Source: Desulfovibrionales bacterium
Lineage (GTDB): Bacteria; Desulfobacterota; Desulfovibrionia; Desulfovibrionales; JBKHAV01
DNA length: 61,609 nucleotides
Direction: 5' to 3'
NCBI GenBank assembly: GCA_046542715.1
Contig: JBKHAV010000003.1
Span: 1-61,609, forward strand
Part shown: positions 54,461 to 61,609 of the stretch, in pieces
Numbering within the stretch: the first letter of the stretch is position 1
How the letters are laid out: each line of letters opens with the position of its first letter
The notes under the pieces: model-generated
Told to the model about the DNA's origin: nothing
Databases searched by the model: none
What the model saw: the letters and a program-made list of their open reading frames with translations, nothing else
Position numbers and translations under genes: made by a program

Positions 54461-55909
54461 ATGAGTAAAAACGAAAATACATCAGTTCAGAATGCGGACA
54501 CCGATCTTCAGGAACACGGTGCTGACAGGGAGGGGGCAGACCGGTGGAAGCAGCGTCTGAAGGGCTTTTCCGAGCACCTTCTGAATACGAGCACTGCCTT
54601 GGTCGTGGTGCTGGATCCCCAGGGCCGGATCGTCCAGTCGAACCGGGCGTTCGAGCGCATTTCAGGATACTCCGGAAGCGGGATCGTGAACAAAGATTTC
54701 ATCCAGGTCTGCATTCCTTCCGAAGCAGAAGGAACGGTCAGGCCCCTGTTCCGCCGGATGATGAACGAGGGGGGGAGCTGTGAACACGTCACCCCATTGA
54801 CGACCCAAAGCGGAGAGCGGCGCCTCATTGCCTGGACGAACACCGTGCTTTCCGGCAGCAGTGGAGAGGTGGAACTCGTCCTGGGAACAGGCGTCGAAAT
54901 ACCGAAAACCAACCCCATGGAAGCGGCCCTTCGAAGCAGCGAGTCCCGATACAGGAGTCTTTTCGAGGATTCGGCCATTGCGTTGTGGGAAGAGGATTTT
55001 TCCCTGGTCAAACTGCAGTTGGATCAGCTGCAGCAGCTGGGGGTGACCGATTTTGCGACCTATTTTCAGGAGCACCCCGAGACCGTGGCCTTGTGTGCCG
55101 GCCTTATCCGGGTTCTGGACGTGAACCAGGCCGCCCTGGACCTGTTCAACGCGGCAACCAAGCAGGAACTGGTCAATTACTTCGACAGGACCATGACGGA
55201 CAAGGCCAGGAAGGTGTTTCAGGAGGAGTTGACCATTCTGGCCCAGGGGCGGAGGTTTCTGGAAAGCGAGGTCACAGTCCGCACGCTGGACGGGGAATAC
55301 CGTTTCGGCCTGCGCAGACTGACGGTTCCATCCGAGCACCGGGACTCCCTGGCCCGGGTGTTCGTCTCCCTGGTGGACATCACCAAGCGCAAGATGCTGG
55401 AGGAGAAACTGCGTGAGATGGCCACAACCGATTCTCTCACAGGCATTTTAAACAGGCGCAGCTATATCGAGCATACCGATGCAGAACTGCAGCGGTCCAA
55501 ACGATATGGTTACCCGCTCTCCATCATCTTTCTGGACGTGGATCGGTTCAAGGAGATCAACGACGCCTACGGGCACCAGACCGGGGACGAGGTGCTCGTG
55601 AGCCTGACACGGCAGTGTATTTCCTGCCTGCGGGAAAATGATCTCTTCGGCCGGATCGGCGGGGAAGAGTTCGCCATCACCCTGATCGAGTCCGATCTCA
55701 AGCGGGCTGAGACCGTTGCCGAGCGGCTCCGGGATGTGATCAGGGAGACCACGGTCCAGTACGGGCAGGCCGAGGTCCGGTTCACGGTCAGCTTCGGCGT
55801 GGCCCAGCTCAAGGATGACGAACAGGACCTGGATTCCCTCATGGCCAGGGCCGACAAGGCCCTGTACAGGGCCAAGAAAGAAGGCCGGGACAGGGTGGAG
55901 ACGGGGTAG
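54461..55909 (+). CDS. PAS-domain diguanylate cyclase (GGDEF)
   Basis: Two PAS-like regions. GGEEF active site with an RxxD (REND) I-site 5 residues upstream. GGAGAA RBS. Confidence 0.9.
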   Translation: MSKNENTSVQNADTDLQEHGADREGADRWKQRLKGFSEHLLNTSTALVVVLDPQGRIVQSNRAFERISGYSGSGIVNKDFIQVCIPSEAEGTVRPLFRRMMNEGGSCEHVTPLTTQSGERRLIAWTNTVLSGSSGEVELVLGTGVEIPKTNPMEAALRSSESRYRSLFEDSAIALWEEDFSLVKLQLDQLQQLGVTDFATYFQEHPETVALCAGLIRVLDVNQAALDLFNAATKQELVNYFDRTMTDKARKVFQEELTILAQGRRFLESEVTVRTLDGEYRFGLRRLTVPSEHRDSLARVFVSLVDITKRKMLEEKLREMATTDSLTGILNRRSYIEHTDAELQRSKRYGYPLSIIFLDVDRFKEINDAYGHQTGDEVLVSLTRQCISCLRENDLFGRIGGEEFAITLIESDLKRAETVAERLRDVIRETTVQYGQAEVRFTVSFGVAQLKDDEQDLDSLMARADKALYRAKKEGRDRVETG

Positions 55910-55913
55910 AAGC

Positions 55914-55983
55914 AAGCAGGAATGAGCAAGCAGCAAGCAGCGAACAGTAAGCAGGCAGAAGGAAAGGCGAAAGGCAGGGAATA
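55914..55983 (+). repeat. purine-rich tract with 7-nt periodicity (copy 2)
   Basis: Heptads read aagcagg|aatgagc|aagcagc|aagcagc|gaacagt|aagcagg|cagaagg|aaaggcg|aaaggca|gggaata. It starts 5 nt after the GGDEF stop codon. Confidence 0.8.
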
Positions 55984-56019
55984 GACGGTTTTCCACCCGG
56001 CCACCGCCCTCATCTCAGT

Positions 56020-56131
56020 GTCATTACCCGACCCGTTCGGGTAATCCATCTTCATGCCTTTCGCCATACCTGGGGCATGAAAGAAGAAGTGAAGAGAGAA
56101 GATGGATTGCCCGATCAAGTCGGGCAATGAC
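56020..56131. repeat. composite palindrome: two 9-bp-stem hairpins in inverted orientation flanking hairpin unit A1
   Basis: Left end is gtcATTACCCGAcccgtTCGGGTAAT. Right end is ATTGCCCGAtcaagTCGGGCAATgac. Between them, ccatcttcatgcc pairs with ggcatgaa[17-nt purine bulge]aagatgg. Confidence 0.8.
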
Positions 56132-56159
56132 GGGAAAAAAGAAAGGCATCCCTCGGTGC

Positions 56160-56265
56160 GCATGCCACGGTGTAGCCTTAGCAAAGACGGGTCCGAATAA
56201 TCCATCTTCATGCCTTTCGGCGCGTGGGCATGAAAAGAAGGGAAGAGCGAAGATGGATGCCCCGG
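56160..56265 (+). repeat. ~105-nt direct repeat, copy 1 (gcatgccacgg module plus hairpin unit A2)
   Basis: About 90% identical by eye to 56409-56515. Confidence 0.85.
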
Positions 56266-56377
56266 ATAAACCACGCGAAACCGCGTGGCAGGCCGTGGCA
56301 TGACAGGAAGGGGAACACCTCAGTGAGCCGGCATTCCTCCCATCCACCGCCTTACCCCCGCTGTCATTACCCGACTC

Positions 56378-56515
56378 GCATGCCACGGCGAAGCTTAAGC
56401 GGAGACGGGCATGCCACGGCGTAGCCGTAGCGAAGCCGGGTCCGAATAATCCATCTTCATGCCTTTTGGCGCGTGGGCATGAAACGAAGAGAAGAGGAAG
56501 ATGGATGCCCCTCGG
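56378..56515 (+). repeat. partial gcatgccacgg module (56378-56408) followed by ~105-nt direct repeat copy 2 (56409-56515, hairpin unit A3)
   Basis: gcatgccacggcgaagcttaagcggagacgg is followed directly by gcatgccacggcgtagccgtagcgaagccgggtccgaataatccatcttcatgcc...gaagatggatgcccctcgg. Confidence 0.85.
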
Positions 56516-56527
56516 CTTTTTATTTTC

Positions 56528-57232
56528 TCATTTCACATACCGGGTGGGGTCGGGGACGCCGGCTTCTTCGAATCCCTTGCGGCGTAGAAGGCAGCTGTCG
56601 CAGTGGCCGCAGGCGAGTCCCCGGCCGTCAGGGTCGTAGCAGGAGTGGGTCAGGCCCAGGTCCAGCCCCAGGGTGTGCGCGGTGCGAATGATCTCAGCCT
56701 TGGTCATGTGCAGGAGCGGTGTATGGATGCGGACCTGCATCCTGCCTTCCACGGCCGCTTTTACCGCCAGATTGGCCATCTTCTCAAAAGCCTGGATGTA
56801 TTCCGGCCTGCAGTCCGGATAGCCGGAGTAGTCCAGGGCATTCACGCCGATGAAGATGTCCTCGGCACCCAGGACTTCCGCCCAGCCCAGGGCCATGGAG
56901 AGAAATATCGTATTCCTCGCAGGCACATACGTCTCCGGGATGCGGTCCATCATGGCTTCCAGGGGGGTGTCCTTGGGGATGTCGATGTCCGCGGTCAGGG
57001 CTGAACCGCCGATGCGGTCGAGCGGCAGGTCCAGAACCATGTGGTCGCTGACCCCGAGTTCGTCGGCAACCAGTCCGGCCGAGCGCAGTTCGATTTCATG
57101 GCGCTGCCGGTACCGGAAGGTCAGGGCGTAAGGCGCGTAGCCCTGGTCCCTGGCCATGGCCAGACAGGTGCTGGAGTCCAGTCCCCCGGAGAAGAGGATC
57201 ACCGCTTTTTTGGGTTCGGTCTTGGCAGTCAT
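56528..57232 (-). CDS. queC: 7-cyano-7-deazaguanine synthase
   Basis: [16 protein letters not shown]-loop. C-terminal CGHCDSC zinc motif. Confidence 0.92.
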   Translation of the reverse strand: MTAKTEPKKAVILFSGGLDSSTCLAMARDQGYAPYALTFRYRQRHEIELRSAGLVADELGVSDHMVLDLPLDRIGGSALTADIDIPKDTPLEAMMDRIPETYVPARNTIFLSMALGWAEVLGAEDIFIGVNALDYSGYPDCRPEYIQAFEKMANLAVKAAVEGRMQVRIHTPLLHMTKAEIIRTAHTLGLDLGLTHSCYDPDGRGLACGHCDSCLLRRKGFEEAGVPDPTRYVK

Positions 57233-57257
57233 GTTTCCCTCGCTTCATGTATCCCGT

Positions 57258-57896
57258 TCAGACGCCCCTGGTTTCAGGGGGCCAGATGTATTTGTGCAAT
57301 TGCAGATTCAACCGCACGTTCAGCCGGTCCTTCAAAATCCACCCGACCAGAACCGAGGGGTCGAGGACCCCGAAAACCGGGGCAAAGTGTACCACACATT
57401 GGAAGGGGCCCGCTTCCCGGATGAGAGCTGCGGCCCACTTGTAATCTTCGAACCCGGCGATCACGAATTTGAGTTCGTCCCCGGGGCGGAGCCGGTTGAA
57501 ATTGTCCCGGTCCATGGCTCCGGACTCGCCGCTGGAGGGAGGTTTCACGTCCATTATGATCACGGCTCCAGGGGGGACGAGGGAAATATTCTGAGAGCCG
57601 TTCGTCTCGATCAGGACAAGGTGTCCTTTGTGGAGCAGTCTGGCGACGAGTTCCGGGGTTTGCTTCTGCAACAGCGGTTCCCCGCCGGTGACCTCCACCC
57701 GGGCGCAGCCGAACGCGCGAACGCGCTCCACTGCTTCGGCAACGGACATGATCTTGCCTCCGGCATAGGCATATTGCGTGTCGCACCAGGTGCAGCGCAG
57801 ATTGCACCCGGCAAGCCGGACAAACACGCAGGGCCAGCCGGAATGGCTCGATTCACCCTGGATGGAATGAAAAATCTCCGCAACGTCCAGGCTCAT
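57258..57896 (-). CDS. queE: 7-carboxy-7-deazaguanine synthase (radical SAM)
   Basis: EIFHSIQGES, FVRLAGCNLRCTWCDT motifs. Confidence 0.9.
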   Translation of the reverse strand: MSLDVAEIFHSIQGESSHSGWPCVFVRLAGCNLRCTWCDTQYAYAGGKIMSVAEAVERVRAFGCARVEVTGGEPLLQKQTPELVARLLHKGHLVLIETNGSQNISLVPPGAVIIMDVKPPSSGESGAMDRDNFNRLRPGDELKFVIAGFEDYKWAAALIREAGPFQCVVHFAPVFGVLDPSVLVGWILKDRLNVRLNLQLHKYIWPPETRGV

Positions 57897-58276
57897 TCCT
57901 CCTCCGAATAGGTGACCCCCATGCCCTTGGTCTCCGTGACCGTAACCCGGGAAACGGAAACTCCGGGCGTGTCGATCCCTTTGGCGACCTGTTGAAAAAT
58001 ATGCCGGGCAAGAACTTCGGCCGTGGGGTTTTCCTCTCGAAAGGGCAGAAGATCGTTGAGGTTCTGGTGGTCGAGTTCTTCGATTACCTGGTCCACCGTT
58101 CTTTTGATTTCCATGAAATCCACTCCCATCCCGGTCCGGTCCAACTCCAGACAGCGGACGTATACGGTCACTTCCCAGTTGTGGCCGTGGGTGGCGGAAC
58201 AGGGACCGTCATATCCGCACAATTTGTGGGCGGCGGCAAAATCAGTGGTCACGAAGATTTCGAACACAGCGGACAT
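57893..58276 (-). CDS. queD: 6-carboxy-5,6,7,8-tetrahydropterin synthase
   Basis: FAAAHKL...HGHNW zinc/His motif. GGAGGA RBS before the ATG at 58276. 4-nt overlap with queE. Confidence 0.9.
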   Translation of the reverse strand: MSAVFEIFVTTDFAAAHKLCGYDGPCSATHGHNWEVTVYVRCLELDRTGMGVDFMEIKRTVDQVIEELDHQNLNDLLPFREENPTAEVLARHIFQQVAKGIDTPGVSVSRVTVTETKGMGVTYSEEE

Positions 58277-58387
58277 GATTCCTCCACAGGATACGGATGC
58301 GCAGTCGTCTGCAGGCATTGAACGGAAGGGGAAAAAAACGTACTTCTTCGAGAGCAGCGCAAACCAGAACAATACGAAGCAGAGGAT

Positions 58388-58424
58388 TGCGCTGTCAATT
58401 CGCATCAGAAAAAAACGAATGGAG
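58388..58424 (+). promoter_or_regulatory. candidate preQ1-I-like riboswitch / translational operator in the queF leader
   Basis: UGCG-CUGUCAAUU-CGCA hairpin, then UCAGAAAAAAACGAAUGGAG. CGAAU in the tail is complementary to AUUCG at the loop/stem junction. The GGAG SD follows immediately, 9 nt before the ATG. Architecture only; no covariance model was run. Confidence 0.3.
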
Positions 58425-58432
58425 AATACACG

Positions 58433-58855
58433 ATGAGTCTACACAAGGACGACCTCTCCGGGCTGTCCCTGCTCGGCAAGAGCAAAACGGAATACCCGCA
58501 GGAAGTGAGCCCGGCGATTCTGGAGACATTTCCGAACAGGTACCCTGAAAGGGAGTATGCGGTCACGTTTTCCTCCAATGAGTTCACGAGCGTATGCCCC
58601 ATGACGGGGCAGCCGGATTACGGCAGGATCACCATCGACTATGTGCCTGACAAGCGGTGCATCGAATCCAAATCCCTGAAGCTTTACCTGTTCAGCTACC
58701 GCAACGAGCCGGGTTTCATGGAGACCATGACCAATCGCATTCTGGACGATCTGGTGGCGGCATGCGAGCCGCGGAGCATGAAGGTGGTGGGAGACTTCAA
58801 TGCCCGGGGGGGGATTTCGATCCAGGTGGTGGCGGAGTATGTGAAGAAGGGGTGA
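58433..58855 (+). CDS. queF: NADPH-dependent 7-cyano-7-deazaguanine reductase (YkvM-type, unimodular)
   Basis: EFTSVCPMTGQPD catalytic Cys motif and SLKLYL..YRN QueF motif; 140 aa. Confidence 0.9.
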   Translation: MSLHKDDLSGLSLLGKSKTEYPQEVSPAILETFPNRYPEREYAVTFSSNEFTSVCPMTGQPDYGRITIDYVPDKRCIESKSLKLYLFSYRNEPGFMETMTNRILDDLVAACEPRSMKVVGDFNARGGISIQVVAEYVKKG

Positions 58856-58984
58856 TAGGCGTTGGGGAATTGCATGCAAGAGGTTTGAAAAAGGCGTTGT
58901 GGTGGATCTTCAAGGTGTTGATCGCTGCGGGTGAGGGGGAAGAAAGAGGGTGCGCAGTGTCGTGACAGCGAGGGGAGGTGGAGG

Positions 58985-59893
58985 ATGATCACGCTTTTGT
59001 ATTGTCCGCAGATGGAAGGGCTGGCCCGCCGGATCGCCGAACAACCCGGAGTCCAGCTGGGGGAGATCCGCTGGGGGGTGTTCAAGGACGGGTTTCCGAA
59101 CATGAAGATCGAGCGGATGGAACGCATCCGCAATTGCGACGTGGCCTTTCTCGCATCCTTTGACACCCCGGGGGATATTTTCAGACAACTGGCGGCGATC
59201 TACGAAATTCCCCGTTATGCGGTCAAATCCTTCAAGGTGGTTCTGCCGTATTATCCCACCGGGACCATGGAACGGGTGGAAGAGGCCGGGGAGATCGCCA
59301 CTGCGGCCACCCTGGCCAGAATGCTTTCCTCCATTCCCCTGACCATCTCGGGCCCGACCCAGATCGTGATCTACGATATTCATGCCCTCCAGGAACTGTT
59401 CTATTTTTCCGACCAGGTCCTGCCCCGGCTGGAAACCGCGGTTCCGCTGCTCAAGAACGCGCTCAACTCCATGGACAACATCGGTATCGCCTTCCCGGAC
59501 GACGGGGCCTGGAAGCGGTTCGGAAAACTGTTCCAGGAATATCCCCAGGTGATCTGCCAGAAGATCAGGCGCGGTGAGCGCCGCACCATTTCCGTCAGGG
59601 ACGGGGAATCCTTTGGCAAACATGTGGTCATCGTGGACGACCTCGTCATGACCGGGGGGACGCTGCTGGAGACGAGGCAGGCCCTTCTCGAGACAGGAGC
59701 GACAAGGGTGAGCTGCTATGCCACCCACGGGGTTTTCCCGGGGCAATCCTGGAAAAAATTTCAAAACAGCGGGTTCGAGCGGTTTTGGGTCACGAACTCC
59801 TGCCCTGGAATAGCCGGTCAGATCCAGGGCAAAGAGCCTTTTGAAGTCCTCTCCCTGGAGCAACCCATCGCCCGGATCATCAGGGAACCTTGA
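58985..59893 (+). CDS. prs: ribose-phosphate diphosphokinase, class II (plant PRS3/4-like)
   Basis: Near-collinear similarity, from memory, to Arabidopsis/spinach class II PRPP synthases: FLASF..P..IF.Q...IY..PR, VLP(Y/F)(Y/F)PTG..ER.EE.G..AT, VIYDIHALQE.FYF.DQVLP, AFPDDGAWKRF, HVVIVDDLV..GGTL, THGVFP, PFEVLSL. Confidence 0.8.
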   Translation: MITLLYCPQMEGLARRIAEQPGVQLGEIRWGVFKDGFPNMKIERMERIRNCDVAFLASFDTPGDIFRQLAAIYEIPRYAVKSFKVVLPYYPTGTMERVEEAGEIATAATLARMLSSIPLTISGPTQIVIYDIHALQELFYFSDQVLPRLETAVPLLKNALNSMDNIGIAFPDDGAWKRFGKLFQEYPQVICQKIRRGERRTISVRDGESFGKHVVIVDDLVMTGGTLLETRQALLETGATRVSCYATHGVFPGQSWKKFQNSGFERFWVTNSCPGIAGQIQGKEPFEVLSLEQPIARIIREP

Positions 59894-59960
59894 GCTGTGA
59901 TTTTTCCCGGTCCAGATGTTCAGGACACGTGAGAGAAACAATGAAACAGTGGAGCGGATA

Positions 59961-61609
59961 ATGGCCATTCACCCCCTTGCAGGAAAACCTGTTCCTGAAA
60001 CCATGTATGAAAACATACCCAGGCTCGTCACCGCCTATTTTGCCGTCCATCCGGATCCATCAGATCCGGAGCAGCAGGTTTCCTTCGGCACCTCCGGCCA
60101 CAGGGGGTCGTCATTGCACGGAGCGTTCAACGAGGATCATATCCTGGCCGTGAGCCAGGCCATCTGCGAGTACCGGAAGCGCGAGAAGATCATGGGCCCC
60201 CTGTTTCTGGGCATGGACACCCATGCCCTCTCAGAGCCCGCCTTCATCACCGCCCTCGAGGTCTTTGCGGCCCACGAGGTGGAGGTGCGCATTCAATCCG
60301 GACGCGGGTACACCCCGACACCGGTGATCTCCCACGCCATTCTCGCTCACAACCGGACCGGGAAAGGGGAGACCGCGGACGGCGTGGTCATCACCCCTTC
60401 CCACAACCCACCTGAAGATGGAGGGTTCAAGTACAACCCCCCCGAGGGCGGACCGGCGGGAAAGCGGATCACCACACGCATTCAGGACCGGGCCAACGCC
60501 ATAATCGCCAATGGACTGAAGGAGGTCCGCCGCATACCCTTTTCCAGGGCGATGCAAAGTGCGACGACCCGGGAGATGGACTTTGTCATGCCGTATGTCC
60601 GGGATCTGGGAAGCATCCTCGACATGGAAGCCATCGCCCGGGCAGGGCTGTCCATCGGTGTGGACCCCCTGGGGGGGGCCGGGGTCGGGTACTGGGATCC
60701 GATTGCCGCAACGTGGGGGCTGAACATCGAGGTGGTCAACCGGAGCATTGATCCCACATTTTCGTTCATGAGGGTGGACCGGGACGGCAAGATCCGCATG
60801 GACTGCTCCTCGAAATACGCCATGGCCAATCTGATCGGCATGAAGGATCGTTTCGACATCGCGTTTGGAAACGATCCGGACAACGACCGCCACGGCATTG
60901 TCACCAGGTCTGCCGGCCTGATCAACCCCAATCACTATCTTTCCGTTGCGGTGTGGTACCTGTTCCAGAACCGCCCTGGTTGGGATCCGGGGGCATCAGT
61001 GGCAAAGACCCTGGTTTCCAGTTCCATGATCGACCGGGTGGCCGCTTCCCTGGGGAGAAAGCTCTGCGAGGTGCCGGTGGGGTTCAAGTGGTTCGTGGAC
61101 GGGTTGCTGGACGGATCCTTTGGGTTCGGAGGGGAGGAGAGTGCTGGGGCTTCCTTTCTCAGAAAGGACGGCACGGTCTGGACCACGGACAAGGACGGCA
61201 TCATCATGAATCTACTGGCCGCGGAAATGACGGCAAAAACAGGCAGGGACCCGGCAGAGCTTTACAGTGATCTGGAGGGACGGTTCGGCTCGCCGGTGTA
61301 TGAGCGTATCCAGGCTCCGGCGACATCGGATCAAAAAGCCGTCCTCAAAGGGCTTTCCCCGGAGATGGTGGAGACCGACATGCTTGCGGGCGAGCCCATA
61401 GTGGCCATCTTGACCCGGGCTCCTGGAAATGATCAGCCCATCGGCGGGCTCAAGGTGGTTACGGAAAACGGCTGGTTCGCGGCTCGACCTTCAGGAACCG
61501 AGGACCTCTACAAGATCTATGCGGAAAGCTTTCACGGCCGGGAGCACCTCGACCGGATTCTGGAGGAAGCCGGGGCAATCGTGGATACTGTCCTGGAGCG
61601 TTCCGGCAC
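59961..61609 (+). CDS. pgm: phosphoglucomutase (alpha-D-glucose phosphate-specific), 3'-truncated by the window end
   Basis: [19 protein letters not shown]-terminus as in E. coli Pgm, [16 protein letters not shown] phosphoserine loop, [11 protein letters not shown] metal loop. Open to the window edge. Confidence 0.9.
   Translation, partial: MAIHPLAGKPVPETMYENIPRLVTAYFAVHPDPSDPEQQVSFGTSGHRGSSLHGAFNEDHILAVSQAICEYRKREKIMGPLFLGMDTHALSEPAFITALEVFAAHEVEVRIQSGRGYTPTPVISHAILAHNRTGKGETADGVVITPSHNPPEDGGFKYNPPEGGPAGKRITTRIQDRANAIIANGLKEVRRIPFSRAMQSATTREMDFVMPYVRDLGSILDMEAIARAGLSIGVDPLGGAGVGYWDPIAATWGLNIEVVNRSIDPTFSFMRVDRDGKIRMDCSSKYAMANLIGMKDRFDIAFGNDPDNDRHGIVTRSAGLINPNHYLSVAVWYLFQNRPGWDPGASVAKTLVSSSMIDRVAASLGRKLCEVPVGFKWFVDGLLDGSFGFGGEESAGASFLRKDGTVWTTDKDGIIMNLLAAEMTAKTGRDPAELYSDLEGRFGSPVYERIQAPATSDQKAVLKGLSPEMVETDMLAGEPIVAILTRAPGNDQPIGGLKVVTENGWFAARPSGTEDLYKIYAESFHGREHLDRILEEAGAIVDTVLERSG

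Noticed and set aside
55911-56520. Possible CRISPR array
   Set aside because: The repeat copies have irregular spacing (~155 and ~250 nt), differ in length and orientation and are themselves hairpins with variable bulges. There is no regular repeat-spacer structure and there are no cas genes in the window.
55911-56520. CsrA/RsmA-titrating sRNA (GGA-motif sponge)
   Set aside because: I counted about 13 GGA triplets in ~610 nt, roughly the chance expectation for this base composition. They are not preferentially in hairpin loops.
56024-56691. Track ORFs inside the repeat nest (56024..56386 minus, 56224..56424 plus, 56473..56691 plus)
   Set aside because: Their sequences are built from the repeated modules, for example duplicated ERHEDGL and MGMKRREE peptides. 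They have no RBS, and one runs antisense into queC. I treat them as non-coding.
1-61609. tRNA, rRNA, transposase, integrase, toxin-antitoxin or known defence-system genes
   Set aside because: No T-loop-like GGTTCGAATCC (or its complement), no rRNA-like stretches and no recognisable mobile-element or defence protein motifs were seen in any plausible ORF.

Overview
61.6-kb GC-rich, densely coding chromosomal segment. The gene content looks like an anaerobic Desulfobacterota/deltaproteobacterium-type organism. This is an inference from the HypF maturase, a TtuA-type thiolase, a giant FAD/FeS/CCG oxidoreductase, Npsr-like persulfide reductase and many PAS/HK/GGDEF proteins. I call about 50 protein genes. 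I found no rRNA, tRNA, CRISPR array, transposase, integrase or phage genes. Recognisable modules, left to right: (1) small protein plus monoheme cytochrome c; (2) TtuA-like PP-loop enzyme plus ThiS-like carrier; (3) CheY-like regulator; (4) mltG-ruvX plus a 1177-aa FAD/FeS/CCG fusion; (5) orphan TolC; (6) GGCT plus PhzF pair; (7) vWA-OmpA lipoprotein; (8) trkAH; (9) GT4 plus amylo-1,6-glucosidase pair; (10) CoADR/rhodanese (Npsr-like); (11) dynamin-like GTPase; (12) hypF; (13) DUF362, hybrid histidine kinase and periplasmic binding protein operon; (14) HAD plus geranylgeranyl-reductase-like pair; (15) amphi-Trp protein; (16) tamA-tamB; (17) PRC-barrel protein; (18) aldo-keto reductase; (19) sdaA; (20) divergent biotin locus (bioC, esterase, bioF / bioA, bioD, flavoprotein); (21) amidoligase plus C26 amidotransferase pair; (22) ClC channel; (23) PAS-GGDEF; (24) queCED / queF; (25) a plant-type class II PRPP synthase; (26) a 3'-truncated pgm. 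The items most worth a second look are five. First, the overlapping GS-fold amidoligase / gamma-glutamyl-hydrolase-type pair, whose hydrolase carries a hydrophobic insertion. Second, a 620-bp non-coding nest of direct and inverted repeats at 55.9-56.5 kb, headed by a 7-nt-periodic purine tract that has a second copy at 25.96 kb. Third, a singleton dynamin-like GTPase followed by a 55-aa zinc-ribbon membrane ORF that is absent from the ORF track. Fourth, a class II (plant-like) PRPP synthase next to queF. Fifth, a hairpin plus A-rich tail in front of queF that has preQ1-I-like architecture. All family assignments come from motif recognition by eye; no searches were run.
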